A stretch of DNA of 64,000 nt from Vicinamibacterales bacterium. GTDB taxonomy: Bacteria > Acidobacteriota > Vicinamibacteria > Vicinamibacterales > UBA8438. Position 1 is the stretch's first letter, and every line of letters begins with the position of its first letter. The notes below the pieces were generated by a model. That model was not told where the DNA came from. It saw only the letters and a program-made list of their open reading frames with translations, and ran no database searches. A program made the translations under genes and the position numbers. Location of the stretch: assembly GCA_964291605.2 (NCBI GenBank), contig OZ219745.1, positions 5,001,934 through 5,065,933 on the forward strand, written 5' to 3'. Below, in pieces: positions 30,691 through 41,746 of the stretch.

Positions 30691-33072
30691 ATGAGCAGCA
30701 GAATCTTCGGCTCCGGAATCCGCCGCCGCGAAGACCCGCGCCTCATCACGGGAAGCGCCACCTACACCCACGACATCGTGCTGCCGGGAATGGTGCACGC
30801 AGCGATGCTCCGCAGCAGCCACGCGCACGCCCGGATCACGCGCATCGACACCGAGCAGGCCAGGGTTGCCCCGGGCGTCGTCGCCGTCTACACCGGCGCC
30901 GACACGGAGGGCGCCCTGGCGCCGACGCCCTGCGCCTGGCTGCTCCCGGACGCGGAGCTCAGGATCGCGCCCTATCCGTGCATCGCCAAGGACGTCGTCC
31001 GCTACACCGGCGACATCGTGGCGGTGGTCGTGGCCGAGACCCCGTATCAGGCGTACGACGCGCTGGATCTGATCGAGGTCCACTACGACCCGCTCCCGAC
31101 CGTGATCGACCCCGAGCAGGCGGCCGGTGCGGACGCGCCAAAGCTTCACGCCAAGGACATCAACGGCGACGACATCCCCGGCAACCAGGCCTTCCACTGG
31201 GTCGTGGCGGGCGGGGGCGACGTCGACGCCGCGTTCACCGCGGCAGAGGCCGACGGCGTCGTCATCAAGGAACGGATCCTCCAGCAACGGCTGATTCCGA
31301 ACGCCATGGAGCCGCGCGCCGCGGTGGCCCAGTACACGCAGGCGACGGGCGAGCTGACGCTCTGGAACACGACCCAGAACCCGCACATCGTGCGTTTCCT
31401 CTGCTCGGTGGTCACCGGGGTGCCGGAGGACAAGCTGCGGGTCATCGCGCCGGAGGTCGGCGGGGGCTTCGGCAGCAAGATCGCCGCCTACCCCGCGGAC
31501 TTCGTCACGGTGTTCTGCTCGAAGACGCTGGGCCGGCCGGTCAAGTGGGTCGAGACCCGCAGCGAGAACTACCAGGCGACGACGCACGGGCGCGACCACG
31601 TTCAGGACGTCGAGCTGGCGGCCACCAAGGACGGCAAGATCACCGGGTTGCGCTGCACCGTCCACGCCGGGATGGGCGCGTATCTTTCGACCGCCGCCCC
31701 CGGCATCCCGACCATCCTGCACGGCCTGATGCTGTCGGGCTGCTACACGATTCCGGCTCTCAAGGAGGACGTCTACGGCGTCTACACCAACGGCGTGCCG
31801 GTGGAGGCGTACCGCGGCGCGGGACGGCCGGAAGCGACGTTCATGCTCGAGCGGCTCATCGACATGCTCGCCAACGAGCTGGACATGGACCCGGCCGACG
31901 TCCGCCGGAAGAACTTCATTCCGAAGTTCGACGACGGACACGAGGTGGTCACCACGCTGAACTACGACAGCGGCGACTACCCCGGCGCCCTCGAGAAGCT
32001 CCTGGAGCACACCGGCTACAAGGCGCTTCGCGAGAAGCAGAAGGCCGGGCCCTCGAACGGCAAATACCTCGGCCTCGGCCTCTCCTCCTACGTCGAGATC
32101 TGCGGTCTCGGACCGTCGCAGGTCGCCGGCGCCATCGGCTTCCAGGGGGGGCTGTGGGAGAGCGCCATCGTCCGCTTCCACCCCACCGGCAAGGTGCACG
32201 TCTTCATCGGCGCCTCGCCGCACGGGCAGGGCGAGGAGACGACCTTCGCGCAGATCGTCGCCGACGAGATCGGCGTCGCCGCCGACGACGTGAAGATCTT
32301 CCACGGCGACACCGATTCCACGCCGATGGGCTGGGGCACCTACGGCAGCCGGACCACCGCGGTGGGCGGCGCGGCGCTGGCCCTGGCGGTGCGCAAGATC
32401 CGCGACAAGGCGAAGGTGCTGGCCGCGCATCTGCTGGAAGCGTCGGTCGAGGACATGGACTACGAGGACGGCAAGTTCTTCGTCAAGGGCTCGCCCGACA
32501 AGGCGAAGACGATCCAGGACATCGCCCTGATGGCCAACGTCGCCTGGAACATGCCGGAAGGCATGGAGGCGGGCCTCGAGGCGACGACCTTCTACGATCC
32601 GCCCAATTTCGTCTTCCCCTACGGCGCCCATCTCGCGGTGGTCGAGGTCGATGCGGCGACCGGGCACGTCGAGCTGACCGGCTACACGGCGCTCGACGAC
32701 TGCGGGCCGCAGATCAACCCCATCATCGTGGAGGGACAGGTGCACGGCGGCATCGTGCAGGGCGTCGGCCAGGCGCTCTGGGAAGGCGCCGCCTACGACG
32801 AGAGCGGACAGCTCGTCACCGGGTCGATGCTCGACTATGCGCTCCCGCGGGCGGACCTGCTGCCCGATCTCGACGTCATCTCGACCGTCACGCGGTCACC
32901 GCACCACCCGCTCGGCGTCAAGGGCATCGGCGAGGCGGGCACGATTGCGTCCACGGCGGCCGTCTACAACGCCGTGCTGGACGCCTTGAAGCCGCTCGGC
33001 GTCAAGCGCGTGGACATGCCGTTCACACCCGAGCGGGTGTGGCGCGCCATCCAGGAAGCGAAGGGGAGCTGA
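30691..33072 (+). CDS. coxL: Molybdopterin-binding large subunit, form-II CoxL-like
   Basis: The active-site loop reads [19 protein letters not shown] is the form-II signature, whereas form I has AYXCSFR. ATG at 30691 after GGGAGA. Confidence 0.85.
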   Translation: MSSRIFGSGIRRREDPRLITGSATYTHDIVLPGMVHAAMLRSSHAHARITRIDTEQARVAPGVVAVYTGADTEGALAPTPCAWLLPDAELRIAPYPCIAKDVVRYTGDIVAVVVAETPYQAYDALDLIEVHYDPLPTVIDPEQAAGADAPKLHAKDINGDDIPGNQAFHWVVAGGGDVDAAFTAAEADGVVIKERILQQRLIPNAMEPRAAVAQYTQATGELTLWNTTQNPHIVRFLCSVVTGVPEDKLRVIAPEVGGGFGSKIAAYPADFVTVFCSKTLGRPVKWVETRSENYQATTHGRDHVQDVELAATKDGKITGLRCTVHAGMGAYLSTAAPGIPTILHGLMLSGCYTIPALKEDVYGVYTNGVPVEAYRGAGRPEATFMLERLIDMLANELDMDPADVRRKNFIPKFDDGHEVVTTLNYDSGDYPGALEKLLEHTGYKALREKQKAGPSNGKYLGLGLSSYVEICGLGPSQVAGAIGFQGGLWESAIVRFHPTGKVHVFIGASPHGQGEETTFAQIVADEIGVAADDVKIFHGDTDSTPMGWGTYGSRTTAVGGAALALAVRKIRDKAKVLAAHLLEASVEDMDYEDGKFFVKGSPDKAKTIQDIALMANVAWNMPEGMEAGLEATTFYDPPNFVFPYGAHLAVVEVDAATGHVELTGYTALDDCGPQINPIIVEGQVHGGIVQGVGQALWEGAAYDESGQLVTGSMLDYALPRADLLPDLDVISTVTRSPHHPLGVKGIGEAGTIASTAAVYNAVLDALKPLGVKRVDMPFTPERVWRAIQEAKGS

Positions 33073-33075
33073 GCC

Positions 33076-33984
33076 ATGTTTGCTGCCGATTTCGAGTACT
33101 ACCGCGCAGGCTCGGTGGCCGAGGCCGGCCAACTGCTCGCCGCGCACCCCGGCGCCAAGCTCCTCGCCGGCGGCCACAGCCTGATCCCGCTGCTCAAGCT
33201 GCGCCTGGCGGCGCCAGCCGCGGTGATCGACATCGGGCGCGTCGCAGCGTTGCGCGGCATCTCCGCCGACGGCGACGGCCTGCGCATCGGCGCGCTGACC
33301 ACGCACGCGGAGATCGCAGCATCGGACGCGGTCAAGGAGCACGCCGCGGCGCTCGCCGAGGCGGCCGGCCAGATCGGTGACCCGGCGGTGCGCAACCGCG
33401 GCACCATAGGCGGCAACGTCGCGCACGCCGACCCGGCTTCCGATCTGCCCACGGTGCTCGCGGCGCTTGGCGCCACGGTCGGCATCACCGGCCCGGAAGG
33501 CGAACGGTCGGTAGCCGCGGCCGATTTCTTCACGGGCGTGATGATGACGTCGCTCGGCGAGAACGACCTGCTCACGGCGATCCGCGTTCCCTCGGCCGCG
33601 GGCCGCGGGACCGCCTATGTCAAGTTCTCGCACCCCGCCTCCCGCTACGCGGTCATCGGCGTGGCCGTGTCGCTCGGGATCGGCACGAAGGGCGGCGGCT
33701 GGATGGCCAAGATCAAGGGCGAGCCGAAAGAAACCGTGTGCATGGACGCCGCGGTCGCCATCGGCGGACTCGTGCCGAAGCCGGTGCGCTGCGGCGCGGT
33801 CGAGGCGGCGCTAAACGACCAGCCGCCCACGGCCGAGACGTTCGCCGCCGCGGCGGCCGCAGCCAGCGGGGACGTCGGCGACGACCTGCTGGGGGACGTC
33901 TTCGCGTCGGGCGAGTACCGCAAGGCGGTCGCGCCGGTGTACGTGCGGCGCGCCATCGAGGCCGCGGCCGGACGGGCCGGTTAG
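33076..33984 (+). CDS. coxM: FAD-binding medium subunit (CoxM-like)
   Basis: [17 protein letters not shown]...[17 protein letters not shown]. It has a C-terminal insert ([17 protein letters not shown]). Confidence 0.85.
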   Translation: MFAADFEYYRAGSVAEAGQLLAAHPGAKLLAGGHSLIPLLKLRLAAPAAVIDIGRVAALRGISADGDGLRIGALTTHAEIAASDAVKEHAAALAEAAGQIGDPAVRNRGTIGGNVAHADPASDLPTVLAALGATVGITGPEGERSVAAADFFTGVMMTSLGENDLLTAIRVPSAAGRGTAYVKFSHPASRYAVIGVAVSLGIGTKGGGWMAKIKGEPKETVCMDAAVAIGGLVPKPVRCGAVEAALNDQPPTAETFAAAAAAASGDVGDDLLGDVFASGEYRKAVAPVYVRRAIEAAAGRAG

Positions 33985-33996
33985 CCAAGGCGCCCG

Positions 33997-34941
33997 GTGT
34001 CCGAACCGAACCCGGGATCGATTGACGAGCTGCGGCAGCTTCTGGCGGAGCACCTGTACATCGCCGACGACGGCCTCGCGACGGCCATCTACCTGGCGCT
34101 GAAGCTGCGTCGCCCGCTGCTGCTCGAAGGGGAGGCGGGAGTCGGCAAGACCGAGGTCGCCAAGGTCCTCGCCGCCGCGCTCGGCGCCGACCTGATCCGG
34201 CTGCAGTGCTACGAGGGACTCGACGTCACCCACGCCGTCTACGAGTGGAACTACGCGCGGCAGTTGATCGAGATCCGGCTCGGCGAGGCGGCCGGCGAGC
34301 AATCGCGCGACCGCCGCGAGCGGGCTCGCGAGTTGTTCGGGCCCGACTTCCTGATCGAGCGTCCGCTCTTGCAGGCGCTGCGGCAGCGGGAGCGCCCTCC
34401 GGTACTCCTGATCGACGAGCTCGACCGCGCCGACGAGGAGTTCGAAGGCTACCTGCTGGAGTTGCTCTCGGACTTCCAGATCACGATTCCCGAGCTCGGC
34501 ACGATCAAGGCGGCGGCGGCGCCGGTCGTCATCATCACGTCGAACCGCACGCGCGAGCTGCACGACGCCCTCAAGCGGCGTTGCGTCTACGCCTGGATCG
34601 ACTACCCCAGCTTCGACAAGGAGCTGCGGATCATCACGACGAAGGTGCCCGAGGCGCCCGCCGCGCTCGCCGAGCAGGTGACCGGGTTCGTACAGGAGTT
34701 GCGGCAGGCCGACCTCTACAAGGTGACCGGCGTGTCGGAGACGCTGGACTGGGTGGCGGCGCTCGTGGCGCTCGACAAGCAGGAGCTCGACGCGGCGACC
34801 ATCGACCGCACGCTCGGCATCGTCCTCAAGACGCAGGAGGACATGCAGAACGTCCGCGGCGAGCAGATCCAGCAGATGCTGAACCGGGCGAAGACGCCGG
34901 GGGCCCGCCCGGCCCGAGCGGATGCGCCGGCGCGCGCCTGA
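33997..34941 (+). CDS. coxD: MoxR-type AAA+ ATPase (CoxD-like)
   Basis: Walker A LLLEGEAGVGKT. Walker B VLLIDELDRA. Confidence 0.85.
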   Translation: MSEPNPGSIDELRQLLAEHLYIADDGLATAIYLALKLRRPLLLEGEAGVGKTEVAKVLAAALGADLIRLQCYEGLDVTHAVYEWNYARQLIEIRLGEAAGEQSRDRRERARELFGPDFLIERPLLQALRQRERPPVLLIDELDRADEEFEGYLLELLSDFQITIPELGTIKAAAAPVVIITSNRTRELHDALKRRCVYAWIDYPSFDKELRIITTKVPEAPAALAEQVTGFVQELRQADLYKVTGVSETLDWVAALVALDKQELDAATIDRTLGIVLKTQEDMQNVRGEQIQQMLNRAKTPGARPARADAPARA

Positions 34942-35023
34942 AAGGTATGCTCCCTCGTCGCGCCTCGCCACGCGGGCGCCTCGCCGCTCTCGCTGCTACA
35001 CGGCGTTTCACCATGGACTCCTA

Positions 35024-36229
35024 GTGTCCTTCCTACTCCACAACCTGCTGCACTTCACGCGGCTGCTCCACCGGCTGGGGCTCGACGTGCAGGCGGGCCG
35101 GGCGCGTGACGCGGCCGCGGCGCTCGCCCACGTCGACGTCGGGCGGCGGGCGGACTTCTACCACACGCTGCGCAGCCTGCTCATCCACCGCGCGGAAGAT
35201 CTCCGGGTGTTCGACGAGGCCTTCCGCGTGTTCTGGCGCCGCCCGCACGGCGACTGGACCGAGAAGGACCTGAGCGCGATGGGCGAGAAACGCCGCTCGG
35301 GGGCGCCGGAGTACGAATCGGAGGCGCCGGAATCCAATGCCGAGGGCGAAAGCGGGGAGCGTCGGACCAGCTACCAGGTGGAACGCATGGCGGTGCTCAG
35401 CTACAGCGATCGCGAGTCGCTGTACGCAAAGGACTTCGAGCAGTTCACCGAGGACGAGCTGGCTGCGGCCGAGCGGATGATGGCCGACCTCGACTGGGAT
35501 CTGGGCGAACGTACGTCCAAGCGCTGGACGCCCGGCCGGGGGCCGGCGCTGGACCTGCGCCGCGCGGTGCGCGCCAACATGCGCTACGGCGGCGAGTTGA
35601 TCGACCTGCCGGAGCGGCGGCGCAAGACCAAGCGCCGGCCGCTGATCCTGCTCTGCGACGTCAGCGGCTCGATGGAGCGCTACAGCCGGATGCTGCTGCA
35701 CTTCGTTCACGCGCTGACCGGCGGCGGGCGGCTGGGCCGGGTCGAGTCGTTCGTCTTCGCGACACGGTTGACGCGCGTCACCCGGCAGCTCGTCACGCGC
35801 AAGGCCGAGGTCGCCGTGCCCCGCTTGCCCCGCACCATCGCCGACTTCGGCGGCGGCACGCGCATCGGCGACGCGCTGCGCACGTTCAACGTCGAGTGGA
35901 CGCGGCGGGTCCGCGGGCAGGGCCCCGTCGTCCTGCTGATATCCGACGGCTGGGACCGCGGCGAGCCAGACCGGCTGCGGGCGGAGATCGCGCGCCTGCA
36001 GCGCTCGTGCCATCGACTGATCTGGCTGAATCCGCTCCTCGGATCACCCGACTACGTGCCGTTGACCCGCGGCATGCAGGCCGCGCTGCCGTGCATCGAC
36101 GATTTCCTGCCGGTCCACAACCTGGCCAGCCTGGAGGCGCTGGCCCGCCATCTGAACAGCCTCCCGGCGCACCGTCCCGCCCGGCGCCGGGCACCGGCCA
36201 TTCCCGCTCCGAACAGGCCGGCGGCATGA
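35024..36229 (+). CDS. coxE: VWA domain-containing CoxE-like protein
   Basis: LLCDVSGSM MIDAS motif and a CoxE-like N-terminus. I preferred the GTG at 35024 over the ATG at 34922 because the extra 34 aa look non-coding. Confidence 0.75.
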   Translation: MSFLLHNLLHFTRLLHRLGLDVQAGRARDAAAALAHVDVGRRADFYHTLRSLLIHRAEDLRVFDEAFRVFWRRPHGDWTEKDLSAMGEKRRSGAPEYESEAPESNAEGESGERRTSYQVERMAVLSYSDRESLYAKDFEQFTEDELAAAERMMADLDWDLGERTSKRWTPGRGPALDLRRAVRANMRYGGELIDLPERRRKTKRRPLILLCDVSGSMERYSRMLLHFVHALTGGGRLGRVESFVFATRLTRVTRQLVTRKAEVAVPRLPRTIADFGGGTRIGDALRTFNVEWTRRVRGQGPVVLLISDGWDRGEPDRLRAEIARLQRSCHRLIWLNPLLGSPDYVPLTRGMQAALPCIDDFLPVHNLASLEALARHLNSLPAHRPARRRAPAIPAPNRPAA

Positions 36230-36365
36230 CCGCCGCGGACGGCAACCTCCGCACTCCACACTTGCACGGCTTCGACGGGCGCCGACTCGGCGGCGCGCCT
36301 GCACAGGGCTCCCGCGGCACGGCGGCGGTTGCACCGGCCGTGCAGATTCTCTGTATGCTCATCAG

Positions 36366-36824
36366 ATGGAAGTTTCGGCCACCTACACGTTCGACGCGCC
36401 CCGGCAACGGGTCTGGGAGTTGCTGATCGATCCGCAGGTCATCGCCGGCTGCCTCCCCGGCTGCGAAGCGATGGAACCGACCGGCGACGACACCTACCGG
36501 GCCATCCTGACCATCGGCATCGCCGCCATCACCGGGCGCTACGAGGGCACGGTCCGCATGTCCGACAAGGACGAGCCGGCGGGCTACACGCTGGTCGTCG
36601 AGGGCAAGGGCAAGCCCGGTTTCGTGAACGGCTCGGCGAACGTCTCGCTGGCCGAAGCCGACGGCGGCGCTCGAACGAGCGTGGCGGTGACCGGGAAGGC
36701 GCAGGTAGGCGGCACCATCGCCCGGGTCGGCCAACGGCTGCTGGGCGGCGTATCGAAGATGATGATGGACCGCTTCTTCGCCTGCCTGCAGGAGCGCGCC
36801 AGGGCAACGGGAGCCGGCTCATGA
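36366..36824 (+). CDS. coxG: SRPBCC-fold CoxG family protein
   Basis: VWELLIDPQVIAGCLPGCE...GKAQVGGTIARVGQRLLGGVSKMMMDRFF. Confidence 0.85.
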   Translation: MEVSATYTFDAPRQRVWELLIDPQVIAGCLPGCEAMEPTGDDTYRAILTIGIAAITGRYEGTVRMSDKDEPAGYTLVVEGKGKPGFVNGSANVSLAEADGGARTSVAVTGKAQVGGTIARVGQRLLGGVSKMMMDRFFACLQERARATGAGS

Positions 36825-38224
36825 CCACCCTGCTGTTGCGTGCCCTGGCCGCCGTCGTGGTGCTCGCCGCGTTCGCGGCGGGTATCGTGGGATTCCTGGT
36901 CGTCGCCTTCGACATGCAGGTCGAGTTCGCCGGCAACGGGATGCGGCCGCTCTTCTCGTTCGGCGCGCCCGACGCGCACTACGCCTCGCTGGAAGCCGAC
37001 CGAGGGAGCGGATCGGCGGAAGACGCCGCCGAGCGTGACCCGCCTGCGCCGGTCATGTCCGCGCACGACGCCTACTGGACGGACTTCCGCGGCCCGCACC
37101 GCGACGGCGTGTACGCCGAAACTGCCATCCGCACCGACTGGCCCGCGACCGGACTGGAACCGCTGTGGCGTCAGCCGGTCGGCGGCGGCTACGCGTCATT
37201 CGTCGTCGCCGACGGCCGGGCGTTCACCATCGAGCAGCGCCGGGACGAGGAGGTGGTCTCCGCCTACGACGTCGACACGGGGACCGAGCTGTGGACGCAC
37301 GCCTGGCCCGCGCACTTCCGGGAGACGATGGGTGGTCCCGGACCACGCGCTACGCCGACATGGCACGACGGCCGGCTCTACGCGCTGGGCGCGACCGGCC
37401 GGCTGGTTTGCCTGGAGGCCGCCACCGGCAGCGTCCTCTGGGAACGGAACATCCTGGACGACGCCGGCGCCCGCAACCTGCCCTGGGCGATGTCCGGCGC
37501 CCCTCTCGTGGTCGACGACCTCGTCGTCGTCCAGCCGGGGGGCACCCGCGATTGGTCGATCGCCGCCTACGACCGCCGGACCGGCGACGTCGTCTGGCAC
37601 GCGCTCGACGACGTGCAGAGCTACACGTCGCCGATGCTGGCGACGCTGGGCGGCGTACGGCAGATCGTGGTCGTAACGGCCGAGCGGGCCGCCGGCCTGC
37701 TGCCGTCGGACGGCACCCTGCTGTGGGAGTATCCCTGGACCGTACGGGTCGTGCCCAACATCGCACAGCCGCTGGTCATCAGCGACACGCGAATCTTTCT
37801 CTCGGCCGGCTACGGCAAGGGCGCGGCGCTCGTCGAGCTGACCCCGGACGGCGACCGCTTCGCCGCGGCGACGGTCTGGGAAACGAACCGCATGAAGAAC
37901 AAGTTCAGCAGCTCCGTGCTGATCAACGGCTACATCTACGGGCTGGACGAGTCGATCCTCGCCTGCATCGACGCCGCGACCGGCGAGCTGATGTGGAAGG
38001 CCGGGCGCTACGGCCACGGCCAGCTCCTGGCCGCCGGCGACCATCTGGTCGTGCTGACCGAGCGGGGCGATCTCATGCTGGTGCGGGCCACGCCGGACGG
38101 CCACGAGGAAGTGGCGGGCTTCCCCGCGATCGAAGGCAAGACCTGGAACGTGCCGGCGATCGCGGACGGGCGCATCCTGGTGCGGAACGCGCGGCAGATG
38201 GCGGCGTTCGACTTGAATCCGTGA
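36821..38224 (+). CDS. Membrane-anchored PQQ-like (BamB-type) beta-propeller repeat protein
   Basis: N-terminal TM helix. Repeated blades (LYALGATGRLVCLEAATGSVLWE, AYDRRTGDVVWH, CIDAATGELMWK). The ATG overlaps the coxG TGA (ATGA). Confidence 0.75.
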   Translation: MTTLLLRALAAVVVLAAFAAGIVGFLVVAFDMQVEFAGNGMRPLFSFGAPDAHYASLEADRGSGSAEDAAERDPPAPVMSAHDAYWTDFRGPHRDGVYAETAIRTDWPATGLEPLWRQPVGGGYASFVVADGRAFTIEQRRDEEVVSAYDVDTGTELWTHAWPAHFRETMGGPGPRATPTWHDGRLYALGATGRLVCLEAATGSVLWERNILDDAGARNLPWAMSGAPLVVDDLVVVQPGGTRDWSIAAYDRRTGDVVWHALDDVQSYTSPMLATLGGVRQIVVVTAERAAGLLPSDGTLLWEYPWTVRVVPNIAQPLVISDTRIFLSAGYGKGAALVELTPDGDRFAAATVWETNRMKNKFSSSVLINGYIYGLDESILACIDAATGELMWKAGRYGHGQLLAAGDHLVVLTERGDLMLVRATPDGHEEVAGFPAIEGKTWNVPAIADGRILVRNARQMAAFDLNP

Positions 38225-38343
38225 TTCGGGCGAGGCCCGACCTCCACACGTGAACCGCGGGCGCCGCCATCCGCTGCCGGCTCTCCGGCAACTCCGGCGT
38301 CCGATGTTCCGCCGCGATCTTCCCGTAGCGGGTCACCGTCGGC

Positions 38344-39255
38344 TCACGCGCGCTTGCGCTTACGAACCGGCGCCGCCGTCGCAGCCATGTCCTCGGCGCC
38401 CGCCGCCACCCGCGAGGTCCGCTTGGCCGCCGTCTTCGCGCCCCGTTTCGCGGGCGCCTTGACCGGCTTCTTCTTCTTCGCGCTGACCTCATCGAGGCTC
38501 TTGCGCAACGCCTCCATCAGGTTGACGACCTTGGCCGGCGAGTCGGCCTCCGTCTCGACCACCTCCTCGCCGGCGACCTTGGCGTCGATGATGCGCCGCA
38601 GCTCGCTCTGGTACTCGTCGGTGAACTCCGACAGGTCGAGGTCGCCCGCGAAGGTGCCGATCACCTGCCGGGCGAGCTGGACCTCGGCGTCGTTGACGGT
38701 CTCCGGCAGGTCTTCCAGCTCGTCGATCGCGGCCATCCGGCGCACCTCGCCGGCCGCCCGCAACGTGAGCATCAGGAGGCCCTTCTCGCGCGGCTGCACC
38801 GCGACCAGGTACTCGCGGCCCAGGAGCGCCAGCTTGCCGATGCCCGCCTTGCCCTCGAGCGCCTCGCGCAGCACCGCGAAGGCGTCGGCCGCCACCTTGC
38901 CGTCCGGCGCGAGGTAGAAGGGGCGCTCGACGTAGATGGGGTCGATCGAATCGACGTCGGCGAACCGGAGCAGGTTGATGATGCGGGTCGACTCGGGCTT
39001 CGCCTTGGCGATGTCCTCGTCGTCGACGACTACGTAGCGGCCCTTCTCGAACTCGTAGCCCTTGACGATCTCGGACTTGTCGACCTCGCGGTCGCACTCC
39101 TCGCACCATTTTTTCTGGCGGATGCGCGTCCGGCACTCGGCGTGCAACTGGTTGAACCGGACCACGCCGGTCGCGTTGGTGGCGGGAAACACCCGCACCG
39201 GGACGGTCACCAGGCTCACCTTCAGGTAGCCCTTCCAAGTCGGACGTGCGGCCAT
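38344..39255 (-). CDS. ku: Ku protein (NHEJ DNA end-binding) with a basic Lys/Ala tail
   Basis: RPTWKGYLKVSLVTVPVRVFPAT...YEFEKGRYVVVDDED...PFYLAPDG. ATG at 39255 after AAGGAG. Confidence 0.9.
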   Translation of the reverse strand: MAARPTWKGYLKVSLVTVPVRVFPATNATGVVRFNQLHAECRTRIRQKKWCEECDREVDKSEIVKGYEFEKGRYVVVDDEDIAKAKPESTRIINLLRFADVDSIDPIYVERPFYLAPDGKVAADAFAVLREALEGKAGIGKLALLGREYLVAVQPREKGLLMLTLRAAGEVRRMAAIDELEDLPETVNDAEVQLARQVIGTFAGDLDLSEFTDEYQSELRRIIDAKVAGEEVVETEADSPAKVVNLMEALRKSLDEVSAKKKKPVKAPAKRGAKTAAKRTSRVAAGAEDMAATAAPVRKRKRA

Positions 39256-39339
39256 CGGTCGTGCTCCTTGCTCTGCTCCATTGACTATATCGGCACGAGA
39301 AGCTCCGAGGAGTCCCTGGGGGAAGTCGCTGATTCCCGT

Positions 39340-41628
39340 ATGCTGGTAGCTTTCGTGCCCAAACCGACCGGCAAGCGGCAACCGGCGCCCGCGGTGTGGC
39401 GCGACGAGCCCCGCAACGTACGGCCGATGCTGGCCGAATCGGCGCCGGCGAGCTCGCACGCACGACTCCTCGCCAGGCCGGATCTCGTCTTCGAGCCCAA
39501 GTACGACGGCATTCGCGCCCTGGTCGCGCTGGACGGCAGCAATGCTCCCCGCATCTACACGCGGCTGGGCCGCGACAAGACCGTGCAGTTCCCCGATCTG
39601 GTCGAAGCACTGGCAACGCTGGCGGATCGGCTCGGTCGGCCGCTACTGCTCGACGGCGAGATCGTGGCGACCGACGAACACGGAGCGGCACTGCCGTTTC
39701 AGCACCTCCAGGAACGCCTCCACGCCACCGGCGGTGCGGTCCGCGCCGCGGTCCGCCACGTCACGGCCGCGCTCCTGGTCTTCGACCTGCTGCGTGACGG
39801 CGACCACGACCTGCGTCCCCTCCCCTTCACACAACGGCGGCGGCGCCTGGAACGCGCGCTGCCGCTCAACGCCTCGGACCTGGTCCGCCTGGTCGACAGC
39901 ACGGTCGGCAACGGCGTGGAGCTGGCGTCCCGGGGCCTGGAGAACGACTGGGAGGGAATAATCGCCAAGCGGCCGGACGGGCGCTACGCCTCCGGCAGCC
40001 GCAGCCCGTCGTGGCAGAAGCTGAAGTTCACCCACACGGAGGAGCTCGTGGTCGGCGGCTGGACCGCGCCGCGCGGGTCGCGCCGTCACTTCGGCGCGCT
40101 GCTGCTCGGCTACTACACGGAAGGGAGGCGCCGGTCACGGTCCGCGCCGCTCGTCTTCGCGGGTCAGGTGGGAACCGGTTTCAGCGACACCGAGCTCGAC
40201 CGCCTGGCCGGACTGCTCGCACCGCTGGAGACGGACGCATCGCCGTTCGTCGAGCTGGTCCATCCGAAGCCGTCCGAGAAGCGCCACTGGGTCGAGCCGG
40301 TCCTCGTCGTGCAAACGTCGTTCAGCCAGTGGACGCGGGACGGCGTGCTCCGGCATCCCGTCTACGACGGCCTGCGGGACGACAAGCGGGCAGCGGACGT
40401 GCGGCTTCCCGCCCGACGTCCACCCGTTGCCCGCACGCCCGAACGGACTTCCACCTCTCCCGCAACACCGCCGCCCCGTCCGGCCCCCCGCCGGTCGACC
40501 ATCGAGGCCGACCTGTCGAAGCGCGGGACTCGAACCCGCGCGGCGCGGCCGGGGGCGGACGCCGCAGCGGCAGGCACGGCCGCGAACCGCCGCGGGCGGC
40601 GCAACCGCGGCGACCGGCAACGGCCCATTCTCCCGGTGCATCCGGAACCGGCGGCCGACGATCTCCTGGCGCAGCTCGAGGACCTGGAGCGCAGCCGCCG
40701 GCGCGGGACCCTCGTCCTGCGCGACGGCGCGCGAGTCCCCATCGGCAACCTCCACAAGGTCTTCTGGCCCGGACCCGGCATCACCAAGGGCGAGCTGCTG
40801 CGCTTCTATCTCCGCGCGGCCCCGTACCTGCTGCCCGTCGTCGAGGACCGGCCGCTCGTGATGAAACGCTTCCCCAACGGCGTCGAGGGCAAGTCGTTCT
40901 ACCAGCACCGCGCTCCGGACCCACTGCCGGACGGCCTGCGCGTGGCGACAGTCCGCGAGAGCCCGAACAAGCCGGCCTCGGTGGTGCCGTACCTGGTCGG
41001 CGGCCGGCTCCAGACCCTGCTCTACATGGCGCAGCTTGCGGTGATCTCCCAGGATCCCTGGTTCTCCACGCTGCCGGACATCGAGACGGCGGACCTGGTC
41101 GCGCTCGACCTCGACCCGATGCCGGAGGCCTCGTTCGACCGGGTGCTGGACGTCGCGTGCTGGCTGCACGACGAGCTCGACCGCCTCGGCGTGCCCTGCT
41201 TCGCCAAGACGTCCGGTTCCGCGGGATTGCACATCTTCATTCCGCTACCCCCCGACACACCGTACGAGGCGGGGATGATCTTCTGCCAGATCGTCGCCAC
41301 CGTCGTGGCCGGCGCGCACCCGGCGGCGGCCACCGTCGAGCGGCTGGTGAGGCAGCGCCAACCGGACGCGGTCTACATCGACTACCTGCAGAACATCTAC
41401 GGCAAGACGCTCGCCTGCGCCTACAGCGCGCGCGCCAGCCCGTTCGCCGGCGTGTCGACGCCGCTCACCTGGACGGAAGTGCACGAGGGAGTCGCGGCGG
41501 GACTCCGCCCTCACGACTTCACGCTACGGTCCATCTTCGGGCGGCTCGCGCGGATCGGCGATCTCTGGGCCGGACTCCGGACCGCCGAGCCGGCGCGCCT
41601 CGAGGCGGCCTTCGCCTACGAGGCGTAG
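39340..41628 (+). CDS. ligD: ATP-dependent DNA ligase D, ligase plus polymerase/primase domains (no phosphoesterase domain seen)
   Basis: Adenylation motif EPKYDGIR. OB domain. A ~130-aa R/A/P linker. Pol domain NLHKVFWP...MKRFPNGV...KTSGSAGLHIF. No HYDLRLE-type PE motif. Confidence 0.85.
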   Translation: MLVAFVPKPTGKRQPAPAVWRDEPRNVRPMLAESAPASSHARLLARPDLVFEPKYDGIRALVALDGSNAPRIYTRLGRDKTVQFPDLVEALATLADRLGRPLLLDGEIVATDEHGAALPFQHLQERLHATGGAVRAAVRHVTAALLVFDLLRDGDHDLRPLPFTQRRRRLERALPLNASDLVRLVDSTVGNGVELASRGLENDWEGIIAKRPDGRYASGSRSPSWQKLKFTHTEELVVGGWTAPRGSRRHFGALLLGYYTEGRRRSRSAPLVFAGQVGTGFSDTELDRLAGLLAPLETDASPFVELVHPKPSEKRHWVEPVLVVQTSFSQWTRDGVLRHPVYDGLRDDKRAADVRLPARRPPVARTPERTSTSPATPPPRPAPRRSTIEADLSKRGTRTRAARPGADAAAAGTAANRRGRRNRGDRQRPILPVHPEPAADDLLAQLEDLERSRRRGTLVLRDGARVPIGNLHKVFWPGPGITKGELLRFYLRAAPYLLPVVEDRPLVMKRFPNGVEGKSFYQHRAPDPLPDGLRVATVRESPNKPASVVPYLVGGRLQTLLYMAQLAVISQDPWFSTLPDIETADLVALDLDPMPEASFDRVLDVACWLHDELDRLGVPCFAKTSGSAGLHIFIPLPPDTPYEAGMIFCQIVATVVAGAHPAAATVERLVRQRQPDAVYIDYLQNIYGKTLACAYSARASPFAGVSTPLTWTEVHEGVAAGLRPHDFTLRSIFGRLARIGDLWAGLRTAEPARLEAAFAYEA

Positions 41629-41655
41629 CGCCCGCGTGGTAGTATGGCTGCTTGC

Positions 41656-41732
41656 GCGCCCGTAGCTCAGCTGGATAGAGCGCCGGGCTTCGAACCCGTA
41701 GGTCGGGGGTTCAAATCCCTCCGGGCGCGCCA
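41656..41732 (+). tRNA. tRNA-Arg: tRNA-Arg (TCG)
   Basis: Hand-folded cloverleaf. The anticodon loop is CTTCGAA. One C-U mismatch closes the anticodon stem. CCA is encoded. Confidence 0.85.
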
Positions 41733-41746
41733 ACCGCCCCCGACTC

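Noticed and set aside
41524-41733. ORFs translating through tRNA genes (41524..41733; the N-terminal part of 44941..45480; 27326..27580)
   Set aside because: Strings such as ...[22 protein letters not shown] and ...AQLVERRTVAPEVAGSSP are the well-known translations of tRNA sequences and not proteins.
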